DNA from: Eledone cirrhosa
Lineage: Eukaryota
Reading direction: 5' to 3'
NCBI GenBank assembly: GCA_964016885.1
Contig: OZ024743.1
Span: forward strand, 88,102,001 to 88,166,000
DNA length: 64,000 nt
The position numbers were made by a program, and so were the translations under genes. The first letter of the stretch is position 1, and every line of letters starts with the position of its first letter. The notes under the pieces were generated by a model. It ran no database searches. It was not told the DNA's origin and saw only the letters and a program-made list of their open reading frames with translations. This document shows, in pieces, positions 26,218-38,782 of the stretch.

Positions 26218-26589
26218 ACAAGAAAGTCTCATACTTGTGTATCTGATGTTATAATGGAGTCAAGAAGATTACAACTTTTCTGTTTACATTATATATTATA
26301 TTGATTGTTTGAAGTAAGTTCTATGGTTTATTAGTTTGTAGTTTAATGTTAATAATGTTTTACATTCTAATGTTCTTATATTCTAAAACACAAGTGGTTT
26401 TTAGTTAGCATTGATGTATGTTGTGTTTTGTTGAGCTTTTTAATGATATTATTTAGTCTATAACCAGGGTGTAATATTTGGTTCTTGTAATATAAGATAT
26501 GTGTAGTTTGTATATTTTTACTGGGTATTACTTCGGTTGTATCAGTGTGAAGGGAATTGTTTTTGTATTATTCTATATATATATATAAG

Positions 26590-26782
26590 GGCGGTGGATT
26601 GGCAGTATGGGTAGAGGGTCGGGCGCCATGGTTTGAAGCATAGAGTTACCTCCCTTTATGATCTGAGTTCAAATCCCGCCGAGGTTAACTTTGCCTTTCA
26701 TCCTTACGGGGTCGATAAAATAAAGTACCAGTAATGCACTGGGATAATTGCTGGCCTGGTGCCAAAAGTATAAACAATTATT
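26590..26782 (+). mobile_element. SINE family A (further copies 14870-15052, 18877-19080, 30538-30728, 43165-43352, 43357-43545 on +; 42061-42250, 33452-33540, 9060-9200, 11400-11535 on -)
   Basis: Full A box, B box, core and tail. Confidence 0.9.
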
Positions 26783-26839
26783 CTATAGTATAGTCTACTA
26801 ATCTCTCTCTCTCTGTATATATATTTCATCTGTATATAT

Positions 26840-26853
26840 ATTTCATCTTTTTC

Positions 26854-26887
<34 letters not shown>

Positions 26888-27150
26888 GAAAAAGATGAAA
26901 TCGAAAATGCAACTGGAGTTTTTTTAAGAATATGTATTTGTTTCCTTTACCGGTTTCACAGTTCTTATGCTTTTCAAAAGTAGAATTGAGACAGAGGGTT
27001 TGTGGTTTTTCTCGCGAGAACCGGTAAAGGAAACAAATAAATATTCTTAAAAAGACTCCAGTTGCATTTTCGATTTCATCTTTTTTCCTTATACTTTCAC
27101 TCATGTAGGGCATCTCGTATTTTTTTCATTTAAAAAAAAAACCTCATTTT

Positions 27151-27153
<3 letters not shown>
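26840..27153. mobile_element. Fold-back mini-element in (TA)n: 75-bp arms 26881-26955/27019-27093, degenerate HHR on minus strand
   Basis: Inverted repeat seen directly; minus strand cttTTGAAAAgcataagaactgtGAAAccggTAaagg; sister copy 58178-58330. Confidence 0.8.
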
Positions 27154-27249
<96 letters not shown>

Positions 27250-27533
27250 CGAACATTTCATAGCTGGATGGCTCAGAATCCATATAAGTGTTATAGACCT
27301 GACCGCAGCCCCAATCTTCTCATCAAACATGTTAATCCTGATAAGATTCTGGTTTTGCTTGATAACAAGTTATATGTTAAGAACCGCAGGATTACTTGTC
27401 AACTTAGTTCTCTATACTTAAGGAAAATAAGGTGTAGATCAGCGGTTTTAAATACATAAAGAACAGAACATTGTCTGAATAAAGGACTTGCGTTATATAT
27501 AACATAGATAATGCATACACACGCACCTATATA

Positions 27534-27575
<42 letters not shown>

Positions 27576-27664
27576 GGAAAAATTTGAACAGGAACAAAAC
27601 AGAGAGGCAGTACAACGAATGTTTATTAATTTCACGCTCTGGAGAGTGGGGTGTTGGTGGGGAA

Positions 27665-27697
27665 CGACGTTTCGGGCATAAGCCCTTCCTCAGGTGA
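27665..27697 (-). ncRNA. Minimal type-I hammerhead motif
   Basis: acCTGAGGA-a-GGGC-ttat-GCCC-GAAA-cg-TC-gt; stem I truncated by (TA)n. Confidence 0.65.
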
Positions 27698-27717
27698 GAT
27701 ATATATATATATGTGTG

Positions 27718-27786
<69 letters not shown>

Positions 27787-27969
27787 ATGTGTATATATAT
27801 ATATATATATATACACATACATATATATATACATATATGTAGAAGTTCTATTTAAATTGTTGGGATACAACAAGCAAATATTTTTATAACTGATATAAAG
27901 CACTCAACAATTTAATTGGAGTAAAAATACGATATTAACAAATGGAAACTATATTTATAAAACCATATT

Positions 27970-28034
27970 TATTTCATTATACATATTTCAAGGACACCAA
28001 GTTAAATTATGGTGTGCTTTCATCAGATAAAATA
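27970..28034 (-). ncRNA. Type-I hammerhead ribozyme (mirror copy)
   Basis: Reverse complement of 28049-28113 with one substitution. Confidence 0.8.
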
Positions 28035-28048
28035 TCTGCTCTATATTA

Positions 28049-28113
28049 TATTTTATCTGATGAAAGCACACCATAATTGAACTTGGTGTCCTTGAAATAT
28101 GTATAATGAAATA
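28049..28113 (+). ncRNA. Type-I hammerhead ribozyme
   Basis: Stem I UAUUUUAU/AUGAAAUA; CUGAUGA; stem II AAG..CACCA/UGGUG..CUU; GAAA; UAUGUA; UA cleavage site. Confidence 0.8.
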
Positions 28114-29262
28114 AATATGGTTTTATAAATATAGTTTCCATTTGTTAATATCGTATATATATACATATATATATACATATATATATATACATATATATAC
28201 ACATATATATATATATATACATCTATACATACATATATATATAAACTCGAGTCCGGGAACCTTATAGGCACCCGTTTTACGTGTGTTGTGTTGAGGCAAA
28301 TAACTATGTGTATACTCTGGTAATGTATCTTACATTGTTTCTACTTTAGGCACAAGGCCACCATTACCCAGTGCATTACTGGTACTTTATTTTTAATGTA
28401 TCTTACATTGCCCATTGAGTGCGCTGAGATACAACCGGTACTGGCATTGATAACTATGCTGGGTCCGTCAACCCTTATATATATATATATATACATATAT
28501 ACACTTATACATACATTTCAGTTGATATGAACTTGTGAACCTCACTTCCGGTCATGAAATCTGTGATGTTTATTCCTTATTATTGAGTGTAGTGGTCGAG
28601 GTGGGTGAGTGAATAGGGTCCGTGGGATAAGTTTTCGGGGAGAACGGAAGTGATTGTAGTGGTAGTGGCGATGTGGTACTTGTACTTGTGGTGGTGGTGG
28701 TGGTGGTGGTCATCGTCATAGTGGTGGGGATCGTCGTCATAGTGGCAGTGGTAGTGACTGGGACGGGGGGAGGTAGAGGTGTTCGTTGTAGATGGCAGTG
28801 GCGAAGGTGGGGTTCATGTTTAGATGCGGTAAGTGGTGACGAGGAAATGTTGAGGGTTGGATTAGTGTTTAGGGGGAGATTAATGATGTGGTTGGGTGTA
28901 GGGAGGGTGACGATAAATTTGGTAATGAGGAGTGGTGTAGTTTAGGGGGTGTGTTTGTTAAGTAGGTGCTGGGGTGATGAGGGTGGAGATAGTGGTTAAA
29001 AATTGGGATAGGTGGAGAGGACGGGGAGTATGTTGATATATTTGGTGGTGGGGGTGATTGTAGTAGTTAATACTGATGGTGGTCGAGGGAGGTGTGGGGG
29101 TAGTGGTAGTGGTGGTGGTCGAGGGAGGGATGGTGGTGGTTGGGGGGGGGGGGGTCTAGTGGTAGCAGTAATGGTTTTGATATTATCCCAGGAGTTCCCA
29201 AACGTATTTTATTGCAGAACCCCTGTACACACACACACACATACATATACATATACATGTGG

Positions 29263-29326
<64 letters not shown>

Positions 29327-29408
29327 TTATCCCGGGTTCAATCGGGGGTAACCACAGTAAGTAAGGCACTCAATACAAAGCAGAGTATAAATATTTAATA
29401 TAGAAAGC

Positions 29409-29529
29409 GAAACGGCCGGAGCTCAGCCGTCGGGATCCTGACTCTTTTCCTATTACCCACTCTACTACCCTAAGTATTGAGTACTCTGGTGCGTTATGGT
29501 CCACCTGGTCCCTTACCACACTTCCTTCG

Positions 29530-29532
<3 letters not shown>
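29409..29532 (+). mobile_element. Truncated copy of the 3813/4490/44581 family starting exactly at the HHR GAAA
   Basis: cGAAACGGC-cggagctca-GCCGTC-ggga...tail...ccttcgtta(TA)n. Confidence 0.8.
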
Positions 29533-29608
<76 letters not shown>

Positions 29609-29887
29609 TATCTAATGATATACGTACAATAGCACATAGCAATTTTAACAGGAGATTTAAAGTTGATATATTATATTGATTTCTTTATTAGCCACAAGGG
29701 CGCAACAAGAAAGGGGACAATACAAAGACATGCCGGGGATTTTACATACAGTCGTGTAAAAAAAATATAAAAACAAACAATTATATTGCACGTATATATC
29801 ATTAGATATATATGTATGTATATATGTCATTCAATATGTTGTAATGATTAAATGCTCAGATTTATTCTTTGAGCTGATTCTTAGGTG

Positions 29888-29972
29888 ATAAGGCGCATGT
29901 TCGAGATTATCTCAAACATGACATATATAATTATATATGTCATGTTTGAGATAATCTCGAACATGCGCCTTA

Positions 29973-29973
<1 letters not shown>
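29888..29973. repeat. Perfect 86-bp spacerless palindrome
   Basis: ataaggcgcatgttcgagattatctcaaacatgacatatataa|ttatatatgtcatgtttgagataatctcgaacatgcgccttat. Confidence 0.95.
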
Positions 29974-30025
<52 letters not shown>

Positions 30026-30208
30026 TATATATATATATCTTTTTCTTCTTTTTCTTCGTTTTCTGTCTTTCTTTCCTTTTTTCTCTCTTTTTTCTCTCTT
30101 TCTTTCTCTCTGTGTACAATTCTTTCACTGCCAATTCAACTTTTTCAAATACAAGTCGATGTTGTTACGGTATGTCGAATCTATTTATCTATAAAACTGT
30201 TTATATTG

Positions 30209-30274
30209 TATTTTGTCTGAGGAAGGCATAGCATATTGTTAATATGATATCCCTGAAATATATATAATGAAATA
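30209..30274 (+). ncRNA. Type-I hammerhead ribozyme
   Basis: Stem I UAUUUUGU/AUGAAAUA; CUGAGGA; stem II AGG..CAUAUU/AAUAUG..CCU; GAAA; UAUAUA; UA. Confidence 0.78.
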
Positions 30275-30306
30275 AATATGGTTTTATAAATATAGTTTCC
30301 ATTTAT

Positions 30307-30358
<52 letters not shown>

Positions 30359-31172
30359 GTCGGGCCTCTGCAGTCTCCGTCAACCAAATTACACTAACAG
30401 AGCATTGGTCAACTTCAGACTATAGCCGAAGACACTTATTCAGAGTACCGCTCGGCGGGCCCGAACCCAAAACCAACAGGCTGCAAAGTGAGCTACTTAA
30501 CCTCTTAGCCATGTTTGCGTCTATTATATGTAGATAAGGAGGTGGATTGGCAGTATCGGTAGAGGGTCGGACGCCATGGTTTGACGCATAGAGTTACGGC
30601 CCTTGCCATTCTGAGTTCAAATCCCGCCGAGGATAACTTTGCCTTTCATCCTTACGGGGTCGATAAAATAAAGTACCAGTAATGCACTGGGTAATTGCTG
30701 GCCTTGTGCCAAAAGTAGAAATAATTATATGTAGATATTCGAGAGTTTCAATCGAACCCATTTACGATTTTCAGAAAATCACAGGAACCATGATTTTATT
30801 TTAATTAGCAGTAGCACTAACACAGCGTAATTCGCAATAGAGGCATATCTGAAAGAATATACAGCATGCATAAGTGTTACTATGTGTGTTGTAAATCGTG
30901 ATCATGTCACAGCTACCCAGGTAACCGTGTGAGAACGACACGCTGGGTGCAAGTCTTTTGGGGTTTTTATTAATGTTTAGTGACGTTTGTTCACTCTGTA
31001 CTGAGTCAAGTAAGCTAATAACTTATATACATTTTTAGCAAAAATTATTTAAGAAAGCCAGCTGCTTATTAAAAGCAACTCTTCTCGTTGAACCCCAGAA
31101 TTTCTTTGTGGAATCCATTTTAGGATATACTCTTCTCCTTTCTCTACGTTCAGAGTGTCAATTCCGAATGGG

Positions 31173-31301
<129 letters not shown>

Positions 31302-31399
31302 TGTGTGTGTGTGTGTGTGTGTAATAGTTGGTGACCGTTTTTAGTATGGGTATATGATTAGACCGTCGTTTCTGTAAAGCCCCATCTCGAGGAGTCATA

Positions 31400-31732
31400 T
31401 TTTATCTGACGTTACATGTATTAACTCGATTTTATCTGGACGTTACATGTATTAACTCGATTTTATCTGACGTTACATGTATTAACTCGATTTTATCTGA
31501 CGTTACATGTATTAACTCGATTTTATCTGACGTTACATGTATTAACTCGATTTTATCTGACGTTACATGTATTAACTCGATTTTATCTGACGTTACATGT
31601 ATTAACTCGATTTTATCTGACGTTACATGTATTAACTCGATTTTATCTGACGTTACATGTATTAACTCGATTTTATCTGACGTTACATGTACTAACTCGA
31701 TTTTATCTGACGTTACATGTATTAACTCGATT
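31400..31732. repeat. 30-bp minisatellite, 11 near-identical copies
   Basis: ttttatctgacgttacatgtattaactcga. Confidence 0.97.
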
Positions 31733-32084
31733 AAAACACTCCATTGGTATGTGAAATAGTTATGTGCCACTCACTACGGTTGACCCCAGAACGAGTCTTC
31801 AATGAAGAGAAGTGATTTATTGAAGTAAATGAATTCCATTGTGTGTCAAACTATGTAAATTTTCAGTTATGTATATCAGTATGTTGCTGAACAACATTAG
31901 GCCGACATGTTATATCTCTGGTGTGCGGGGGCGTTTAATTACTTGCACAATACTTGTGTTCATCAAATCTAATATCATTTTATTAGTCTTACCATGTATA
32001 TTCATGTAAGCATATATGCATATATATATATATATATATATATAAACACACATATGTACATATATATACACATATGTACATATA

Positions 32085-32146
<62 letters not shown>

Positions 32147-32150
32147 TGTG

Positions 32151-32213
<63 letters not shown>

Positions 32214-32232
32214 ATAAACACACATATGTACA

Positions 32233-32302
<70 letters not shown>

Positions 32303-33319
32303 ATATATATACATATATGTGTGTGTGTACGCACACACTAATTCATTCACGAGTTCACAACTCACCGGAAATGTCTCGGCTCAAACAAAAAAAGCATTGT
32401 CCCTTTCTTAATGACCGGCTTGAATTCTGTCAAGTATTTAAATAAATATCAAAGAATACATACATATATGGTGGCTGCCAACTCGTTTTCGAGTACGGCC
32501 ACTATTTTATATCCATGTAGGAGAACCCTTACCGATGCGCTGAACGACCCTAAATTACTGAACGACCTCATGCAGAACAGTTTTTTCGCTTTACACGCAT
32601 TATGGGTGTACGAGGAAAGTCCGAGGGTAGGGTGCACAAGAAAAAGAAATACAAAGCATAACATTAAATGAAAAGGTCTGAGTAAGTGCACAACCTTTAT
32701 GGAGTCAATCAGGAAACCCTACGAGGTCCCGAATTACTGACATTGCCACTAGTAAGTGCCCTGTTCTATTTAATGCCCTCCATCCGTTATTCAGACAGAG
32801 TTCATTAGTAGATCCATTCAAACTATATTCGACTAAATCCCACCAAGACGGTGCCACAGCATGGCCACAGTCAAGTGGTTGAAACCTATAAAAGATTTTA
32901 AAATAATAGCCAGCAAACAGCGGGAAATTGTCTGCCCCTCCCAGATAGGAGAGGGTGAGGCTGGGTTCGCTTGGGGATGGGGCCGATCGTCGTAACGAAC
33001 TCGGTTTACTGCCGGATCCGTCTTAAACGCCGAAAGATAAAAACAGGAAGTAAGTCTTAAAACAACAATGTAAGGTCGCTTATGTAGTTACCAAGACGAT
33101 TTGCTGTTCACCATAACTGCGTTTATTGGTGCCGTTGCGATGTTTTATGGTTCATTAACGACTTCTTCGATGTGAATAGCTTCTGTATAGACGTGAACGC
33201 TGGAGACAGGGGTTCAAATGATGTTAAACATTTTATGTATTTGTCTACTTCTTTTCGAAGACCAGAAGAGAAGACATAAATATATTTAGTGTATTTATAT
33301 ATAGCAACACACACACACA

Positions 33320-33457
<138 letters not shown>

Positions 33458-33636
33458 TCTACTTTAGGCACAAGGCCAGCAATTACCCAGTTCATTACTG
33501 GTACTTTATTTTATCGACCCCGTAAGGATGAAAGGCAAAATATATATATATATATTGTACACTGCTCAGGTGCACTACCTAAGTATATATATTAGTATAT
33601 AATATAAGATCAAAAGATGGTTAAAAGAGTTCCAAA

Positions 33637-33707
33637 TATTTTATTATGCGCATTTCAAAAACAAATATTATCATGGGATGATATCTGCGTTCTCATCAGA
33701 TAAAATA
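33637..33707 (-). ncRNA. Type-I hammerhead ribozyme inside a 33-bp inverted repeat (33599-33631/33762-33794)
   Basis: Minus strand: UAUUUUAU-CUGAUGA-GAAC...GUUUUU-GAAA-UGCGCA-UA-AUAAAAUA; perfect 8-bp stem I, palindromic stem-III loop. Confidence 0.8.
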
Positions 33708-33945
33708 GGGAGACATGATATGAAGCTTAAAAAACACTTGTGAGAAGTGAAGTTTTAAATCAACTCTTTTAACCATCTTTTGATCTTATATTATGTATAC
33801 TCCAGTCCTACAAACTGTAGAGTGCTACTTATCCGATATTTGCATTGCTTTATTGTTCTACAATAAAACTCACCTCCTACATATATATGTATATATATAT
33901 ATACTGTATATATATATATATATAATACAATATGTTGAAAAGATA

Positions 33946-34004
<59 letters not shown>

Positions 34005-34327
34005 TGTGTGTATGTGTATGCATGTGTGTGTGTATATGTCTATCTATACATATATTTATATATAACGAATGAATGAAGAATAACACATATAAACATATAT
34101 ATACATATATATCCATACATATATATATATATATATATAAATTCTCTGTATGTGTGTGGGAGGGGGTGATAGTTCCTATGAAATAAATCTCCTTTCATCT
34201 GACAATATCCCAACTTTTATCGTCCTGTCTGAGTTTAACAATAATTACCTCAACGTGGCAAATACTTCAGCACAGCACACCCCTGTGTGTGTCTGTATGG
34301 ATACACACACACACACACACACACGCA

Positions 34328-34408
<81 letters not shown>

Positions 34409-34412
34409 CGCG

Positions 34413-34446
<34 letters not shown>

Positions 34447-34593
34447 ATGCACACATATACATACACATACACACACATACACGCTCACACACACACACAC
34501 ACTCACACACACATACATACACATGCACACACATACACACTCACACACACACACACATACGCTCAAACTAGTTTGCCAATCCACCGCCCTACT

Positions 34594-34755
34594 GAAGAAG
34601 AAGAAGAAGAAGAAGAAGAAGAAGAAGAAGAAGAAGAAGAAGAAGAAGAAGAAGAAGAAGAAGAAGAAGAAGAAGAAGAAGAAGAAGAAGAAGAAGAAGA
34701 AGAAGAAGAAGAAGAAGAAGAAGAAGAAGAAGAAGAAGAAGAAGAAGAAGAAGAA
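34594..34755. repeat. Pure (GAA)n, about 54 units
   Basis: Direct inspection. Confidence 0.98.
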
Positions 34756-35109
34756 AGGAGGAGGAGGAGGAGTAATGATGATGATGTCCCTCACCCTAGT
34801 AACCTTGACAACGACAACGTTCAAAAACCAGGGAATTATTTCACAGAAGAATAAAAAAAACGAGAAAAATTGTTGAATTCAAACAGAGAGGACAAAGCGG
34901 TGTATTTAAAGAAAGTGACTGGTGAAGATTTGTGAGAATAACACAATATTAATTTGGAATGTTATATAAGGTCAAAGTTTAGACATGCCATTTGGTTCCG
35001 TTCCAATTTTGAAAATAATTTCTTTCAAGCTCTCAATTATTTTAAACCCGTCCCCCCTCTCTCTCTCTCCATATATGTATATATCGTTCTTTTGCTTTCT
35101 CCTCACCCA

Positions 35110-35223
<114 letters not shown>

Positions 35224-35297
35224 TGCACACACATACACACACACATATATATATATATGCATATATATATATATGCATATATAAATACACAAATATA

Positions 35298-35860
35298 AAT
35301 TAGCGAGAATCGTATTTCGGCTATTGGAAATTAGCGAAAAACAACTTCCGAGATGTGTGGCAAGCGCTCAATAAATTCTAACGAACCGTCATCCGCATAG
35401 TCATAGAAACGACCAAGTAATTCGGGTCAAACAAATAAAAAAAATGTGATTGAAAAATTTACCCGGACCCCTGGATGGTTGGTAAAATCCAGCATTTGGG
35501 TTTCTGCGACTCCTAAATCAAGTACTGTCCGCTTAGACAAATAATGTTAAGCTTTTGGTAAGATGATTGAACAAGGAAGTCATTTTCTCAACAGGTTTTA
35601 GTTCAAGTGCCAGGCCAAGGATTGGCCGTTACCAATACCCACGTGGGGCTCGGCAATGGAGGCAACCCTTATTTTTGGCGGAAGAATTCAGTGTGTAATA
35701 TTGCAAAATATCACAAAACGAATTAAGTTCTCAACAGAATGGTTTTAAAGTTAACAAAAGCTATTCATCAGTCAATAGAATCAACTAAAAAAATCAAGAA
35801 AATTAACTGGTCAATAGCTAGACTCTGGAGATTAATACAAATAAAAATTAGCGAGAATCG

Positions 35861-35866
<6 letters not shown>
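35298..35866 (-). mobile_element. Probable non-autonomous PLE with 21-bp terminal direct repeat, between (TA)n tracts; related ends at 40172 and 56217
   Basis: aattagcgagaatcgtatttc occurs at both ends; the 56217 copy lies downstream of a PLE C-terminal coding remnant. Confidence 0.55.
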
Positions 35867-35912
<46 letters not shown>

Positions 35913-35915
<3 letters not shown>

Positions 35916-35998
35916 ATATTACTCCACTAATCTGTTGAGTGCTTTATATCAGTTATAAAATCTTTAAGCTTGTTGAATCCCAACAAATTAAAACAACC

Positions 35999-36070
<72 letters not shown>

Positions 36071-36159
36071 GAGGTTGTATTTAATTTGTTGGGATTCAAC
36101 AAGCTTAAAGATTTTATAACTGATATAAAGCACTCAACAGATTAGTGGAGTAATATTAT
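35913..36159. repeat. 90-bp-arm palindrome centred on (TA)n; arms are mini-element tails
   Basis: Arms 35913-36002/36069-36159 differ by one indel; homologous to tail 27840-27922. Confidence 0.93.
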
Positions 36160-36791
36160 ATATATATATATAATAAGTATAACCGAAGTTGCAGCTGCGA
36201 GTACCAGATTCCCAATCGATTTTTGAAGGCTGTCACAAAGCACACCATGAGGGAGTAATCAATAAATTACTTCTCAGAGTAATCAACATAAGTTAGGTAA
36301 TAGTGACACAATGAAAGAATGCGACCAGAGGATTGTTGCCACCTTTATACTACAACAACGAAAAATACAGACAGGTTAAAGATGAACCTGGACCTGATGG
36401 ATAGATATTAGATATTAATCGATAAATATCTTCGATAGGTTTCTGGGAATCCGGAAGCTACACTCCAAGTTAGGTTATATATATGCAAGTCAGTAATGTA
36501 TCCTAAGATGGAACGAGGATTTCCCTTCGTCAACAGGTCTTTCGTTCCAGTATCCACTTTCCACAGCTACTGCCCATCTCCTCAATCTTTCTATTTTTTC
36601 TTGAATTTCTCATTTTTTTCTGTCGAAGGACAAGCGTCCGAAACGTTAAGACTCTTTTCCTACTATATCAAGCGTAAAACTAATAATATATTTCTTCATT
36701 GCACTTCTTCAGTGTCGTTTGCTTTATTTCAGATTGCCTTTCGCATACATATGTGTGTAAGTGTAATTTTATGTATACACACATACACACG

Positions 36792-36868
<77 letters not shown>

Positions 36869-36953
36869 GTGCGTGTGTATGTGTGTCTATGATTTTGTAT
36901 TCCCTCACAAATCCGTTTGTCCACTATATAACATTGTCTGGCTCGTTATAATT

Positions 36954-36987
<34 letters not shown>

Positions 36988-36993
<6 letters not shown>

Positions 36994-37532
36994 TATAAGC
37001 AGAACAAGCAAAATTCAACCAATTTTTTTAAATAAATTAAAAAATATAATTTAAATATTTACCTATTCTTTTGGCCCTTACCGATCGGTTTCGCCTTGTA
37101 AAACACTAGAGATCCAATGGATGACAACACGTCTATGTTTTTCCCGCTTTCACCTCGGGTAGTTCACGTACAGGTCATTTTTCGGCCTTTTGGATCTGTG
37201 CTAGCTGGCAGATAACAATATATTTTATCGTTCCTGGGTCTTTAGCCCTAGGAAAGGAAAATGCTTCTCTGATGAGCCTTGATTTTCCATTAGAAATCCA
37301 TTGGATCTCTAGTGTTTTACAAGGCGAAACCGATCGGTAAGGGCCAAAAGAATAGGTAAATATTTAAATTATATTTTTTAATTTATTTTAAAAAATTGGT
37401 TGAATTTTGCTTGTTCTGCTTATATTAATATTATAGTTCTGGTATGTCAAATTGATACCATAGAACAACCTTAAATCATAGACAACCTATGTATTTCCGG
37501 GGATACTTAGTACCCACGGGCATATTAACTTC

Positions 37533-37535
<3 letters not shown>
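36988..37535 (+). mobile_element. Fold-back mini-element in (TA)n with about 135-bp arms (36988-37122/37296-37430)
   Basis: Inverted repeat seen directly; flanked by (TA)n on both sides; contains an HHR. Confidence 0.88.
37265..37343 (+). ncRNA. Type-I hammerhead ribozyme
   Basis: UUCU-CUGAUGA-GCCUUG...CAAGGC-GAAA-CCGAUCGG-UA-AGGG; ACCGATCGGT is a palindrome. Confidence 0.82.
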
Positions 37536-37597
<62 letters not shown>

Positions 37598-38782
37598 TTA
37601 GTTAAGCAAAACAATACCACAAATTTCACAAGGAAGACAGTATTTAAAGATTGTCAACGCTTTTGGCTTCTAACTAATTCACCAATCTCTCTTCTCCTCT
37701 CCTATCTCCATCTCTCTCTTTAAGATTGGTTACTCTTGAACTGTATATATATATATATATATTTGGTTCCTTACCACAATTCCTTTGTTATATATATATA
37801 TACGTGTGTATTTACATAATATAATGTATATGTGTGTGTATTTTTCTTCATTAATTACAATATTAAAGCTATTGTTTTGTAACAATACCAATTCTTTATA
37901 TAACAAGGTTAATATTTCAAAATGAAATATTAATAGTCTTGTTAAAATCTAATAGTCCTAGAGCCCATCACCTTCACTCTTCCCCTCCCATTCTTCTGTC
38001 ACCCTACAGCCCTTGCCCTTCTCTTCAGTTTCCCTTTTTAGATATCTGTAATGTTGTTATTTTAAATAGATTTTTTTACGATTTTTTATTTTTTTTATTT
38101 TTAATAATAAAACATATTTAGCGGATAGGTTATTAACCACAGAAGAGTAATAGGTGTGAGTGTGATACAGCAGTATGAGTATAACTCAATGAGTTACTCA
38201 ATGCGAGGTATGAGAGTGACTCAAGGATATGTAGGTACGGGAGTGATTCCGTGGGACATATGGGAGTGACTTGGTGAGAAGTGTGAGTAAAGATGACGCC
38301 TGGGTTCTTAGTGCCCTAAGCTAGTTCTATAATGTGCACATCTGTTAAATACCCTGCTCAATTTACAGTCCCCTTCGGAGCAAGGTATGGCATGGCTACC
38401 TCTGGCCAGACTTGCCTCCCAGCGTGGACAAGCCGTCTAACCCGGAAAAATAGACGCTAAACGGTGATGATGAGGATGATGATGAGGAATATTCTCTCGG
38501 GTAATCACTACATTCTCCCAATTAAAATAATTTCACTTCAAATTTACTAAACGTGCATGGTAGTGCCAGCCTTGGGTGTGAGTGTAACTCAGTGAGATGT
38601 GTGAGTGGGATTCAAGCTAGATCAGCGTTTCTTAACCCTTTTGCCCTTGTGAACCCCTTGAAATAGTTTTCCTGTCTCAGGTAAACCTTGCATAAAAATT
38701 ATTGATGGGCAACGACCTAGTTTTAAATAATATAAATGGCTGAAGCCTTTATTATTATAACTAAGGATTTTCCAACTATATG

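Noticed and set aside
31400-31732. 30-bp repeats suggestive of CRISPR, and the IELIHVTSDK repeat ORF
   Set aside because: Units are contiguous with no spacers, eukaryotic context, no cas genes; the ORF exists only because 30 is divisible by 3
34150-34876. Poly-E, poly-K and poly-F ORFs
   Set aside because: (GAA)n and (CA)n repeats
35927-36145. Near-identical ORFs on both strands
   Set aside because: Trivial consequence of the palindrome
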